From positions 1,028 to 65,027 of the forward strand of contig JAGSHI010000004.1 of NCBI GenBank assembly GCA_023954635.1: DNA of 64,000 bases. The letters run 5' to 3'. Position 1 is the stretch's first letter; each line of letters opens with the position of its first letter. Made by a program: the position numbers and the translations under genes. Under the pieces are notes generated by a model. The model saw only the letters and a list, made by a program, of their open reading frames with translations, ran no database searches and was not told where the DNA came from. The stretch is from Bacteriovoracaceae bacterium (GTDB taxonomy: Bacteria > Bdellovibrionota > Bacteriovoracia > Bacteriovoracales > Bacteriovoracaceae). Below, piece after piece: positions 1 to 7,758 of this stretch.

Positions 1-43
1 GAGAAACATAGATAATTAGTTTTAGGAAAGCACTAGTTAATTG

Positions 44-520
44 TTAGGAATCCATTACTATTTGAGATTGCATGTAGCGCTCTACGCCAACTTTCTCAAT
101 AAGACCTTGCTGAGTTTCTAACCAGTCTACATGCTCTTCTTCACTTTCAAGGATCTCGCTAAAAAGATCTCTTGAGACGAAGTCACGGGCCTTTTCAGCA
201 TATTCAATGCATTCCTTTAGGTAAGGTACAGCAGCATTTTCAACGGCCAAGTCAGCGGCGATGATTTCTTCAATATTTGAGCCGATAACTACCTTTTCTA
301 GTTTTTGAACATTAGGGATCCCTTCTAAGAAAAGAATTCTCTTTATAAGTTGATCCGCATGCTTCATTTCATCAATAGAAGCTTTATATTCGAGGGCACC
401 AAGTTTCTCTAGACCCCAGTCTTGGAGCATACGAGCGTGAAGGAAGTATTGGTTAATGGCCGTTAGCTCTTTAGTAAGAACGCCGTTTAGCATTTCAATG
501 ACTTTTGCATCACCTTTCAT
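44..520 (-). CDS. bfr: bacterioferritin, copy 1
   Basis: 158-aa ORF with ferritin-like di-iron ligands at canonical positions (E18, E51, H54, E94, E127, H130; motifs DEMKHAD and ESEEEH) and heme-ligand Met52. GGAGA RBS lies just upstream. Confidence 0.93.
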   Translation of the reverse strand: MKGDAKVIEMLNGVLTKELTAINQYFLHARMLQDWGLEKLGALEYKASIDEMKHADQLIKRILFLEGIPNVQKLEKVVIGSNIEEIIAADLAVENAAVPYLKECIEYAEKARDFVSRDLFSEILESEEEHVDWLETQQGLIEKVGVERYMQSQIVMDS

Positions 521-578
521 ATGGTCTCCAGTAGTTGAATTTCAGTTGGATTTTATTCTTTTGGGGTATATTGGTCAA

Positions 579-755
579 TTAGGACCGAGCTTTTGCTCTA
601 GATTTGGCCTGAACCTTTTCAATGGCGTCTACAACGCAAATTCCGCAGTCAGAACCAACACCGAGCTTCTTAAGAACCTCTTGAGTTGGAAGACCTTTAT
701 CAACCAGGTCCTCTATCTTCTTGTCTGTGATTCCTTTGCAAAGGCAAATAACCAT
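579..755 (-). CDS. bfd: bacterioferritin-associated ferredoxin (BFD-like [2Fe-2S] domain), 58 aa, absent from the supplied ORF track
   Basis: Hand translation of the minus strand gives MVICLCKGITDKKIEDLVDKGLPTQEVLKKLGVGSDCGICVVDAIEKVQAKSRAKARS*. It has four Cys in the C-x-C...C-x2-C pattern. The first ~45 residues closely match the 66-aa ORF at 45978..46178, which also sits directly upstream of a bfr. Confidence 0.8.
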   Translation of the reverse strand: MVICLCKGITDKKIEDLVDKGLPTQEVLKKLGVGSDCGICVVDAIEKVQAKSRAKARS

Positions 756-837
756 CTCTTCTCCTATCGTCTGCGCTTATGCTTCTGTTCGGTTAGCCAA
801 ACAAAAATATTAAGAGCAAAATTATAATACCCTTTTT

Positions 838-853
838 GTTTGATAGGTCAAAC
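838..853. promoter_or_regulatory. palindrome GTTTGATAGGTCAAAC (GTTTGA-N4-TCAAAC) upstream of bfd copy 1, candidate operator overlapping a -35-like TTGACC on the gene strand
   Basis: Near-identical palindrome found at 46237..46252 upstream of bfd copy 2. The surrounding TTTGTTTGATA(G/T)GTCAAAC is conserved while the flanking intergenic DNA is not. Confidence 0.4.
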
Positions 854-995
854 ACTAGTTTATTTTACCATACGATTGTTGAGAGAATCGATTTTTATTT
901 GGATTAAGTTATTGATTTTACGATATTTAAACCCAGGTTTAACGCAAAACTAACTCATGGGACCTAAGCTTTTTATAAATCAAAAAGGAGCAGTT

Positions 996-1418
996 ATGAG
1001 ATTAGTTTTTTTGGTGAGTTTACTTTTGTATTTTGTCTTAATGGTTGATGTCTCTGTGGCCTCTACCTGTCGGATTGAAATGAAGGACTATATAAACCTA
1101 GTGGAGGAAGGCCCTTCTGTTAGTGTCATCGAACTTAAGGAAGTCCCAAGTCGAACTAAAAATAGAAACTTTATTATTACTGATAAAGTAGATAGCGAAG
1201 ATAGTTGGAGTGAGAGGTTTTATATTTCTAAAAAAGATGATCTTGTTAATGTACCGACGGGGCTTGGGGATCTTTTAACTAAAAATCAAATCTTAAAAAA
1301 ATATAAAATGAAGGATGATTCGCAGTTGGTCTTTTCAGAAATAAGTGGTTCCAGTTGCACAGAGCAAGATAGGGCGCTTATCTACTACTTCATCATGGAG
1401 TGGTTTTATTTTGGTTAG
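996..1418 (+). CDS. hypothetical secreted protein
   Basis: ORF 957..1418. The internal ATG at 996 is preceded by an AAGGAG RBS and starts a signal-peptide-like MRLVFLVSLLLYFVLMVDVSVA. No family recognised. Confidence 0.5.
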   Translation: MRLVFLVSLLLYFVLMVDVSVASTCRIEMKDYINLVEEGPSVSVIELKEVPSRTKNRNFIITDKVDSEDSWSERFYISKKDDLVNVPTGLGDLLTKNQILKKYKMKDDSQLVFSEISGSSCTEQDRALIYYFIMEWFYFG

Positions 1419-1657
1419 CTAAGGATAACTAAGACAATATAAGGAACGCCAAAGAAAACAAAATTAGCTAACTTATAAAATGCTAGACCAGCGTAGTGTG
1501 TACCGTTGAACTGCTCTCTTGTTATGCCTACAAAAGTACGATGTGCTTTATAGATCCAGTCGGGAAGGAAAAAGAGAAATCCTGCCCACCAAAATAAGAT
1601 CGCCAAGTTGATAAGAAAACCGTAGAGAAAAAAGTTTTTAAAAAATTCTATATCCAT
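1415..1657 (-). CDS. small hydrophobic membrane protein (2-3 TM), function unknown
   Basis: 80-aa ORF, strongly hydrophobic, compact spacing upstream of the CBS gene on the same strand. Confidence 0.45.
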   Translation of the reverse strand: MDIEFFKNFFLYGFLINLAILFWWAGFLFFLPDWIYKAHRTFVGITREQFNGTHYAGLAFYKLANFVFFGVPYIVLVILS

Positions 1658-1666
1658 TTTTAACCT

Positions 1667-2179
1667 CTAGAAATCGTATATCCAACGAAGGATATCGTGA
1701 TGGGTGACAATCCCAACTAATTCGTCATCTTTATTAATGACTGGTAGAGCAGAGATCTGCTCGTTAACCATAACCTTCGCCAAGTGTTCGATGGGGGTTT
1801 CCTCATGGCAACAAAGAATGGTTTTACTCATAAATTCTGAAAGTTTTGAATGCTTGGTTAAGTCAAACTTCTCAAGCCAGAGCACATCACGGTCGCTAAT
1901 AAGTCCTTTAAGAACACCCTTTTTCGTAATGGGGAGATGGTGAACGGACTTAGTTTTAAAGACTTTAAGGGCCTCTTCTATGGAGCAGTCTTGATCTAAG
2001 AACTCTAGGGACTTACTCATAATCTCTATGGCAAAGCTTTGAGAGTCATTGAGAAGGTCCCTGGGTTGGGCCTTTTGCCCTGGAACAACAGTGGCTTCTA
2101 GACGCCTTCCAGAGACCTTTTTTAAGTATTCGAAATCATGTTCGGTGATATGACCACCCACAATGATATAAAAAGACAT
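1667..2179 (-). CDS. CBS-pair domain protein
   Basis: Two CBS-like modules (HHLPITKKGVLKGLISDRDVL and ISALPVINKDDELVGIVTHHDILRWIY). Confidence 0.8.
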   Translation of the reverse strand: MSFYIIVGGHITEHDFEYLKKVSGRRLEATVVPGQKAQPRDLLNDSQSFAIEIMSKSLEFLDQDCSIEEALKVFKTKSVHHLPITKKGVLKGLISDRDVLWLEKFDLTKHSKLSEFMSKTILCCHEETPIEHLAKVMVNEQISALPVINKDDELVGIVTHHDILRWIYDF

Positions 2180-2316
2180 ATGAACTCCCTGCTTTCATTA
2201 TGGCAGAGAATAAATGTAAAACCTTGATCAATATCAGGTTTTTTTATTATAAGGACTAATAGCCGAAAACCCTTATAAATGGGAGAAAGGGGCATAAATC
2301 TTATTTAGGAAAATAC

Positions 2317-3792
2317 ATGAAAGCGATTGCCTTACTTATCATCTTAATATTTTTTGCGGGAATCAAGGCCCATGGGAATACAGCTCTTGAGGCTAAGCTT
2401 CAAAGCTTTTATGAAAACCCAGCTCGCTTTATGAACACACTGCCTGTTAACCATCTAGAGGATAGAAAGTTTAGTCATAGAGAAATTCTTGAAAAGGATT
2501 TCGTAAGAGCAAAGAGTCACGTTAGAGATGAGATCTTAAATAATTTAGATCCATCTACTCCTGAGTATAACGACCGTGTGGAGTCGCTTTTTCAAGGTGA
2601 AACCCTTATTGAAACTTTACAGGAAATGGAAAGTTTAAAATTAACTGAAGCCGAGGTCATGACAAAACCATGGTCTGATGACTATTGGCCAATTTATCAA
2701 GGTATCCTTGGTAAACGTTATGCTGATGAAAGTTTTGCTTATAAAGATGACTGGAGTGAGTATCATCAGTACGTGATCGATCGTCCTTATATGATGATCT
2801 TTAAAAGTGGTAGAGATAAGGAAGTTGATGAGCTTGGTCCCTCAGAGAAGTACGATTTACTTTTTGGTGGAAATGTAAACCTCACTGGTAAGATGTGGAA
2901 AGAGGGAAAAACTTATTGGCAAAGGTATGGATCAGTAGAAACCTGGATGGGGATCTGTCATGGCTGGGCCCCAGCTTCTTTTTCATTAGCTAGACCAGAA
3001 AATGTTATTACCGTTAAGGCTTTTGATGGAAAAACGGATTTAAATTTTTACCCTAGCGATATTAAGGCCCTTGCTTCACTTCTTTGGGCCAATGTTAGAG
3101 TTCCCACTCTTTTTGTAGGTGGAAGGTGTAATGTTAAGAATCCAGAGACAGATGATGAAGGCCGAATCATTGATCAAGAATGTTTTGATACAAACCCGGC
3201 CACTTGGCACCGCGCTGTTGTTGAACAAGTAGGAAGAAGAGGGAAGAGTTTTGTTTTTGATGCGACTTATGATTATCAGGTTTGGAATCAACCGGTTATT
3301 TCATACGAATATACTTATTTTAATCCTCAAAGTCTTGAAGAGCCCGTTAGTTTAAAAAACGCAATCATCCCAATTGAAAAATTCGAAAGAGATGTCTTTA
3401 AGAAGTATCGAAGCTCAAAAACAAGGTATGTTGTAGGAATTGAGATGGATATCACTTATTTGGTTGAAACCGATCCAAGTCAACTTCCTTACGATGACGA
3501 ATCTCAAGATATCCACCGTACTATGAGTTATATGTACGATCTAGAGCTCGATAAAGACCTCAAGATTATTGGTGGAGAGTGGTACCAAAACTATCATCCT
3601 GACTTTATTTGGATGCCTAGACCCGGTGCCAGGGCCCAAAGTATTGGTGATTTCTCTATCGGAAATGAAGAGACTTGGAACTTAGACATGTCTGCACCTA
3701 AATCTTGGGCCAGACCAGCTGCCATCTCAGCTAAACGAGGACAACCACTTAGTAAAGTTGTAGAATTCCTTATTCAAAAAAGCCGTCAATAA
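2317..3792 (+). CDS. secreted transglutaminase-elicitor-like protein (oomycete GP42 / marine-bacterial TGase family)
   Basis: Signal peptide MKAIALLIILIFFAGIKAHG. GICHGWAPAS motif (Cys214, nt 2956..2958) resembles the catalytic Cys context. VWNQPVISYEYTY (nt 3280..3318) matches the first six residues of the Phytophthora Pep-13 epitope VWNQPVRGFKVYE. Confidence 0.65.
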   Translation: MKAIALLIILIFFAGIKAHGNTALEAKLQSFYENPARFMNTLPVNHLEDRKFSHREILEKDFVRAKSHVRDEILNNLDPSTPEYNDRVESLFQGETLIETLQEMESLKLTEAEVMTKPWSDDYWPIYQGILGKRYADESFAYKDDWSEYHQYVIDRPYMMIFKSGRDKEVDELGPSEKYDLLFGGNVNLTGKMWKEGKTYWQRYGSVETWMGICHGWAPASFSLARPENVITVKAFDGKTDLNFYPSDIKALASLLWANVRVPTLFVGGRCNVKNPETDDEGRIIDQECFDTNPATWHRAVVEQVGRRGKSFVFDATYDYQVWNQPVISYEYTYFNPQSLEEPVSLKNAIIPIEKFERDVFKKYRSSKTRYVVGIEMDITYLVETDPSQLPYDDESQDIHRTMSYMYDLELDKDLKIIGGEWYQNYHPDFIWMPRPGARAQSIGDFSIGNEETWNLDMSAPKSWARPAAISAKRGQPLSKVVEFLIQKSRQ

Positions 3793-3811
3793 ACCAAGGA
3801 GAGGTTTAGAA

Positions 3812-5257
3812 ATGGGACAAGAAATAAGTAAGGTCGACTTTAGTAAAGCCGAATACGAAGAATTCAACAAGCGCTTAAGAGAAGAAACTAAAATACTAAA
3901 AAGTTATTTTGATCAAAACCTCTTCGAACCAGAAGATGGTCAGACCTGCACCTTTGGCGCAGAAGTCGAAGGTTGGCTGATCGATAAGAATCATATTCCT
4001 GCACCCAAAAATACTGAGTTTTTAGATAAACTTGGGGACCCCTTAGTTGTTGCTGAGTTGGCTCAATTTAATTTTGAGCTTAACTGTAATCCAAGATCCC
4101 TAGGAGGAAATAACTTAAAACTAATGGAAGAGGAGCTTGTTCAAAGATGGAAGGGGGCAAGAGATTGTGCCAAGTCCATGGGCCTTGATATTCTTAGTAT
4201 TGGAATTCTTCCTACCCTTAGAGATGATATGCTTAATCTTAAGTATCTCTCCGATCAAAATAGGTACGCTTCCTTAAATAATAAAATCATGGAGGGAAGG
4301 GATGGAGAGCCAGTTCACTTAAATCTTCATGGTCTTGATGAACTTCACGTGGATCATGATGATGTTATGCTCGAGGCTGCTGCCACAAGTATGCAAATTC
4401 ATCTGCAAGTAAACTTAAAAAACGCGGTTAGATACTATAATGCCTCGATGATTCTCTCTCCCGCAATAGTCGCGGCGGCGGGAAATAGTCCTTTTATGTT
4501 TGGAAAGGAGCTTTGGTCTGAAACAAGAATTCCAGTCTTTGAGCAGGCCGTGAGTAATAAAGTCTTTAGAGATAGGACTGGGAAGTTTGTAGAACGAGTA
4601 GGCTTTGGTTCTGGTTATGCCAGAAACTCTATGATGGAGCCTTTTCTTGAGAACCTAGATGGTTTTCCTCCTCTTCTTCCACTTCTTATGGATGAAGATC
4701 CTAAACAACTTCCACATTTTAAACTTCATAACGGAACTATCTGGCGTTGGAATAGACCACTTATTGGAGTAGATAAAAATAATATTCCTCATTTAAGACT
4801 AGAACATAGAACTCCTGCAGCTGGTCCCACCATGGTGGATAGCATGGCGGATATTGCTTTTTATCTTGGTCTAACAGAATCACTTGCTACTGAGGAAATT
4901 GCACCTGAAGAAAAATTGGATTTTGAAACCGCGAGAAAGAACTTCTATGAAGGAGCTAAACTTGGACTTGAGGCCGATATAAAGTGGATCGATGGCAAAG
5001 TTTGGAATCTTCAAAAATTAATTCTTGATGAGCTAATTCCAAGGGCAAAAGACGGTCTTTCAAAACAAAATTTTGATGAAAAAGATATTAATTATTATAT
5101 GGATGAGATTCTTCATTCTCGAATCTTAAGTGGGCAAAATGGAGCGAGTTGGCAAAAGGCCTTTGTTCATACTCATGGAACTTGCTTTCAAGAAATGACT
5201 GAAGAATATTTAAAATGGCAAAATAAGCAAGTTCCAGTTTCACAGTGGAATGTATAA
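3812..5257 (+). CDS. glutamate--cysteine ligase family (GCS2-like carboxylate-amine ligase) protein
   Basis: 481-aa ORF with GCS2-like segments (FGAEVEGWLID, ELAQFNFELNCNP, SMQIHLQV, AAAGNSPF). No signal peptide. Starts 20 nt after the preceding gene. Confidence 0.6.
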   Translation: MGQEISKVDFSKAEYEEFNKRLREETKILKSYFDQNLFEPEDGQTCTFGAEVEGWLIDKNHIPAPKNTEFLDKLGDPLVVAELAQFNFELNCNPRSLGGNNLKLMEEELVQRWKGARDCAKSMGLDILSIGILPTLRDDMLNLKYLSDQNRYASLNNKIMEGRDGEPVHLNLHGLDELHVDHDDVMLEAAATSMQIHLQVNLKNAVRYYNASMILSPAIVAAAGNSPFMFGKELWSETRIPVFEQAVSNKVFRDRTGKFVERVGFGSGYARNSMMEPFLENLDGFPPLLPLLMDEDPKQLPHFKLHNGTIWRWNRPLIGVDKNNIPHLRLEHRTPAAGPTMVDSMADIAFYLGLTESLATEEIAPEEKLDFETARKNFYEGAKLGLEADIKWIDGKVWNLQKLILDELIPRAKDGLSKQNFDEKDINYYMDEILHSRILSGQNGASWQKAFVHTHGTCFQEMTEEYLKWQNKQVPVSQWNV

Positions 5258-5271
5258 GTATTGGAGAAAGT

Positions 5272-5721
5272 ATGAAATTGATTTTGATAATAGGACTTAT
5301 GGGTTTACTGACTTCTTGCGCTTCTAGTAGCGATAGGCAGATAGAAGAAGAAAAAACACATGTTCGAAAAAATATGTCTAAAAAAGAGATGAGCGATAAA
5401 ATGATCAAAATTTTAGAATCATCTAAAAGGTTAACTAAAAAACAAAAAGAAGATTTTTTAGTTCTTCACTCAAATGTTAAACAGGATGTGACCGTTGTTA
5501 ATGATGAGCTAAGAAGACTTAAAATCGTCTTGTTCCAGACTTTGGCTAAAGGTGAGTATAAAAGAAAGAAAATTGATCTTATTAAGAAAAAGATTGTGAA
5601 GCAGTATAATAAGAGACTCAATATTATGTTTGATGCCTTATACAAGTTTCAAAAAATTCTTGGTGTTGGGTCAGGTGACTTCTATCAAAATGAATGGTTC
5701 CCAATTCATTTTACGTTGTAA
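5272..5721 (+). CDS. lipoprotein with LTXXQ motif (Spy/CpxP/ZraP-like periplasmic protein, tentative)
   Basis: ATG at 5272 with GGAGAAAG RBS. Lipobox LLTSC. Lys-rich helical sequence containing RLTKKQKEDF. Confidence 0.45.
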   Translation: MKLILIIGLMGLLTSCASSSDRQIEEEKTHVRKNMSKKEMSDKMIKILESSKRLTKKQKEDFLVLHSNVKQDVTVVNDELRRLKIVLFQTLAKGEYKRKKIDLIKKKIVKQYNKRLNIMFDALYKFQKILGVGSGDFYQNEWFPIHFTL

Positions 5722-5725
5722 GCAC

Positions 5726-6355
5726 TTACTCTTCTAGCTGATAGATTTCCATAATATTCTTAAGAATTTTATCGAAATCTATTTTTAGATCAATAAGCTT
5801 GCCTGATTTAATATCAAAAACCCAACCGTGTACCTTAAGACCTCTATGCTTAGAGGCCTTTTGAACACAGGCCGTTTTAATAACATTAATACATTGCTCT
5901 TGAACATTAAGTTCAACAAGGCGCTTGTAGCGTGCATCTTCATCGCTAATGGCATTAAGCTCTTCTTTATGTAGTCTATAAACATCACGGATATTTCTAA
6001 GCCAAGGATTCAGAATTCCTAAGTCTTTTGGTTGAAGTGCCGCTGCAATCCCGCCGCATCCATAATGACCACAGACGACCACATGATTAACTTCTAAGTT
6101 ATTAACGGCATAATTTAAAACCGTCATAATATTCAAGTCAGTGCTAATAACCATATTGGCGACATTTCTATGAACAAAAGCCTCACCGGGATCGACTCCC
6201 ATCATCTCCTCCGCTGTTACGCGGCTATCGGAGCAACCGATATATAAAAGTTCTGGGTTTTGATCATTTGAGATTTTTTCTAAAAAGCCTGGGTCTATTG
6301 AAAGTTTTTCTTTGATCCAGTTTTCATTATTTTTGAAGACTTGTTCGATATTCAT
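5726..6355 (-). CDS. can: beta-class carbonic anhydrase
   Basis: Strong full-length similarity to E. coli Can as I recall it: CSDSRV, FVHRNVANMV and CGHYGCGG zinc-ligand motifs. Confidence 0.93.
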   Translation of the reverse strand: MNIEQVFKNNENWIKEKLSIDPGFLEKISNDQNPELLYIGCSDSRVTAEEMMGVDPGEAFVHRNVANMVISTDLNIMTVLNYAVNNLEVNHVVVCGHYGCGGIAAALQPKDLGILNPWLRNIRDVYRLHKEELNAISDEDARYKRLVELNVQEQCINVIKTACVQKASKHRGLKVHGWVFDIKSGKLIDLKIDFDKILKNIMEIYQLEE

Positions 6356-6888
6356 TTTTTCTTGCTCACCTTCTTCGAAGTTGTTTTCTTTCGTGCATTT
6401 GTTGTTCTGCGCTGACCTTGCTTTTGACCAGGAAGTTTAAAAAAGTCATCTTTTGTTAAAGCATAAAAATGATCAGCTTCTTCTAAGAGCATAGCGGAAG
6501 TTGTCTGTTTAACAGAAGCTATTTCTACTCTTACTCCCATGGCCTTTAAGTGGCGGACAAGCTCAATATAGTCTGAATCACCACTCATGATGACAATGGT
6601 ATCCACTTTAGAGGCCAGCTGTGTGGCCTTAATACTAAGGGGGATATCGGCACTTTTATGACAAGGTCTAACGCTTCCGTGATAATGCTGCTGAAGTCTT
6701 TCAGTAAGCTTATCAGAAATTTGTTTTCCTTCTCTAAAGTAGACCAGACGATTGAGCTGACGATCAACGACGAGCTTAGGAATAATCACTTCAAAATTTA
6801 ACATGGTAGCATCACTGACTTCGTGAATGCTTCTCTCAATATTATTACCGTCTATGAGAATAGCGACGGATTGGCTTATATCTATCAT
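6352..6888 (-). CDS. NYN-domain (LabA/DUF88-like) protein with Lys/Arg-rich C-terminal tail
   Basis: ILIDGNNIE...IVIMSGDSDYIELVRHLKAMGVRVEI is typical of NYN/LabA. The stop overlaps the can start (ATGA). Confidence 0.75.
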   Translation of the reverse strand: MIDISQSVAILIDGNNIERSIHEVSDATMLNFEVIIPKLVVDRQLNRLVYFREGKQISDKLTERLQQHYHGSVRPCHKSADIPLSIKATQLASKVDTIVIMSGDSDYIELVRHLKAMGVRVEIASVKQTTSAMLLEEADHFYALTKDDFFKLPGQKQGQRRTTNARKKTTSKKVSKKK

Positions 6889-7035
6889 GGGCTGATTCTA
6901 ACCTTCCGTTTGTCTACCGACAACGGTAAAAAAAGTATTAATATCAAGTGCTTAGGGATTGTCTAAGAACCTAACAGGGTCTGAAAGGTTTACTCTCAAA
7001 GTCATTTTCAAATGAATTTGACCTAAAATAGGTAC

Positions 7036-7665
7036 ATGAAAACACTAACTCTACTCATTATCCTTCTTGGTTATTCCTCAAATGCTTTTTCTGGTGGTTA
7101 CTTCACTGTTAAAGATGGGGTGATTTCAATGGTGCCAGAAGAGCGCACCCATAAGATTAAAGACTTTAGTACAGATGGTTGCTCATCATTTCCAGATGGC
7201 TTCATTCCCACTCAATCAACTGAATGGCTCGATTGCTGCATCATGCACGATGTGGATTATTGGGTAGGTGGAGAAGAACATTTAAAAGATAAGGCCGATG
7301 AAGAACTAGGTTATTGTGTAGCAAATGTTTCTAACTCATTATTAGGACTTTCAATGGATCTTGGTGTGCAGGTTGGCGGTGTTCCTTCACCAATGTCTTG
7401 GCGTTGGGGTTATGGTTGGGATGCTATTATTGGTTATAACCCTCTTGATACCAAACAATTAACATCAGCAGCCTCCAAGTACGATACTGTAATTGACGCG
7501 ATCATAAGTGAAAAAGAACTTTTGGATGGTGATCAAAAATTAAGAATTAAAGAAAAACTTCATATGAAATTAGTAGAACTTTTACCTTACTTAGGAAAAG
7601 ACGAAAAATCTAAAGAGGCAGAGTATGACCGTCTCTTAGAAAGGATCTATCAGTCTTTTAAGTAG
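7036..7665 (+). CDS. secreted protein with CCxxHDxxY (phospholipase A2-like) motif, function tentative
   Basis: Signal peptide MKTLTLLIILLGYSSNAFS. DGCSSFPDG...LDCCIMHDVDYW resembles the His-Asp catalytic motif context of secreted PLA2 families. Confidence 0.4.
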   Translation: MKTLTLLIILLGYSSNAFSGGYFTVKDGVISMVPEERTHKIKDFSTDGCSSFPDGFIPTQSTEWLDCCIMHDVDYWVGGEEHLKDKADEELGYCVANVSNSLLGLSMDLGVQVGGVPSPMSWRWGYGWDAIIGYNPLDTKQLTSAASKYDTVIDAIISEKELLDGDQKLRIKEKLHMKLVELLPYLGKDEKSKEAEYDRLLERIYQSFK

Positions 7666-7758
7666 TTTTGATTATAGTGAGTCTTAAATGTCCACGTAGA
7701 TGAAACTTATCCGGTCTCCATGCAAAAGCATATTAACTGGGGGCTTCAAACGTTTACC

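Noticed and set aside
456-827. 123-aa plus-strand ORF listed in the track, spanning the bfr 5' end and the bfr-bfd intergenic region.
   Set aside because: It is antisense to two well-supported minus-strand genes (bfr 44..520 and the hand-found bfd 579..755). It has no RBS or recognisable motifs and looks like a shadow ORF.
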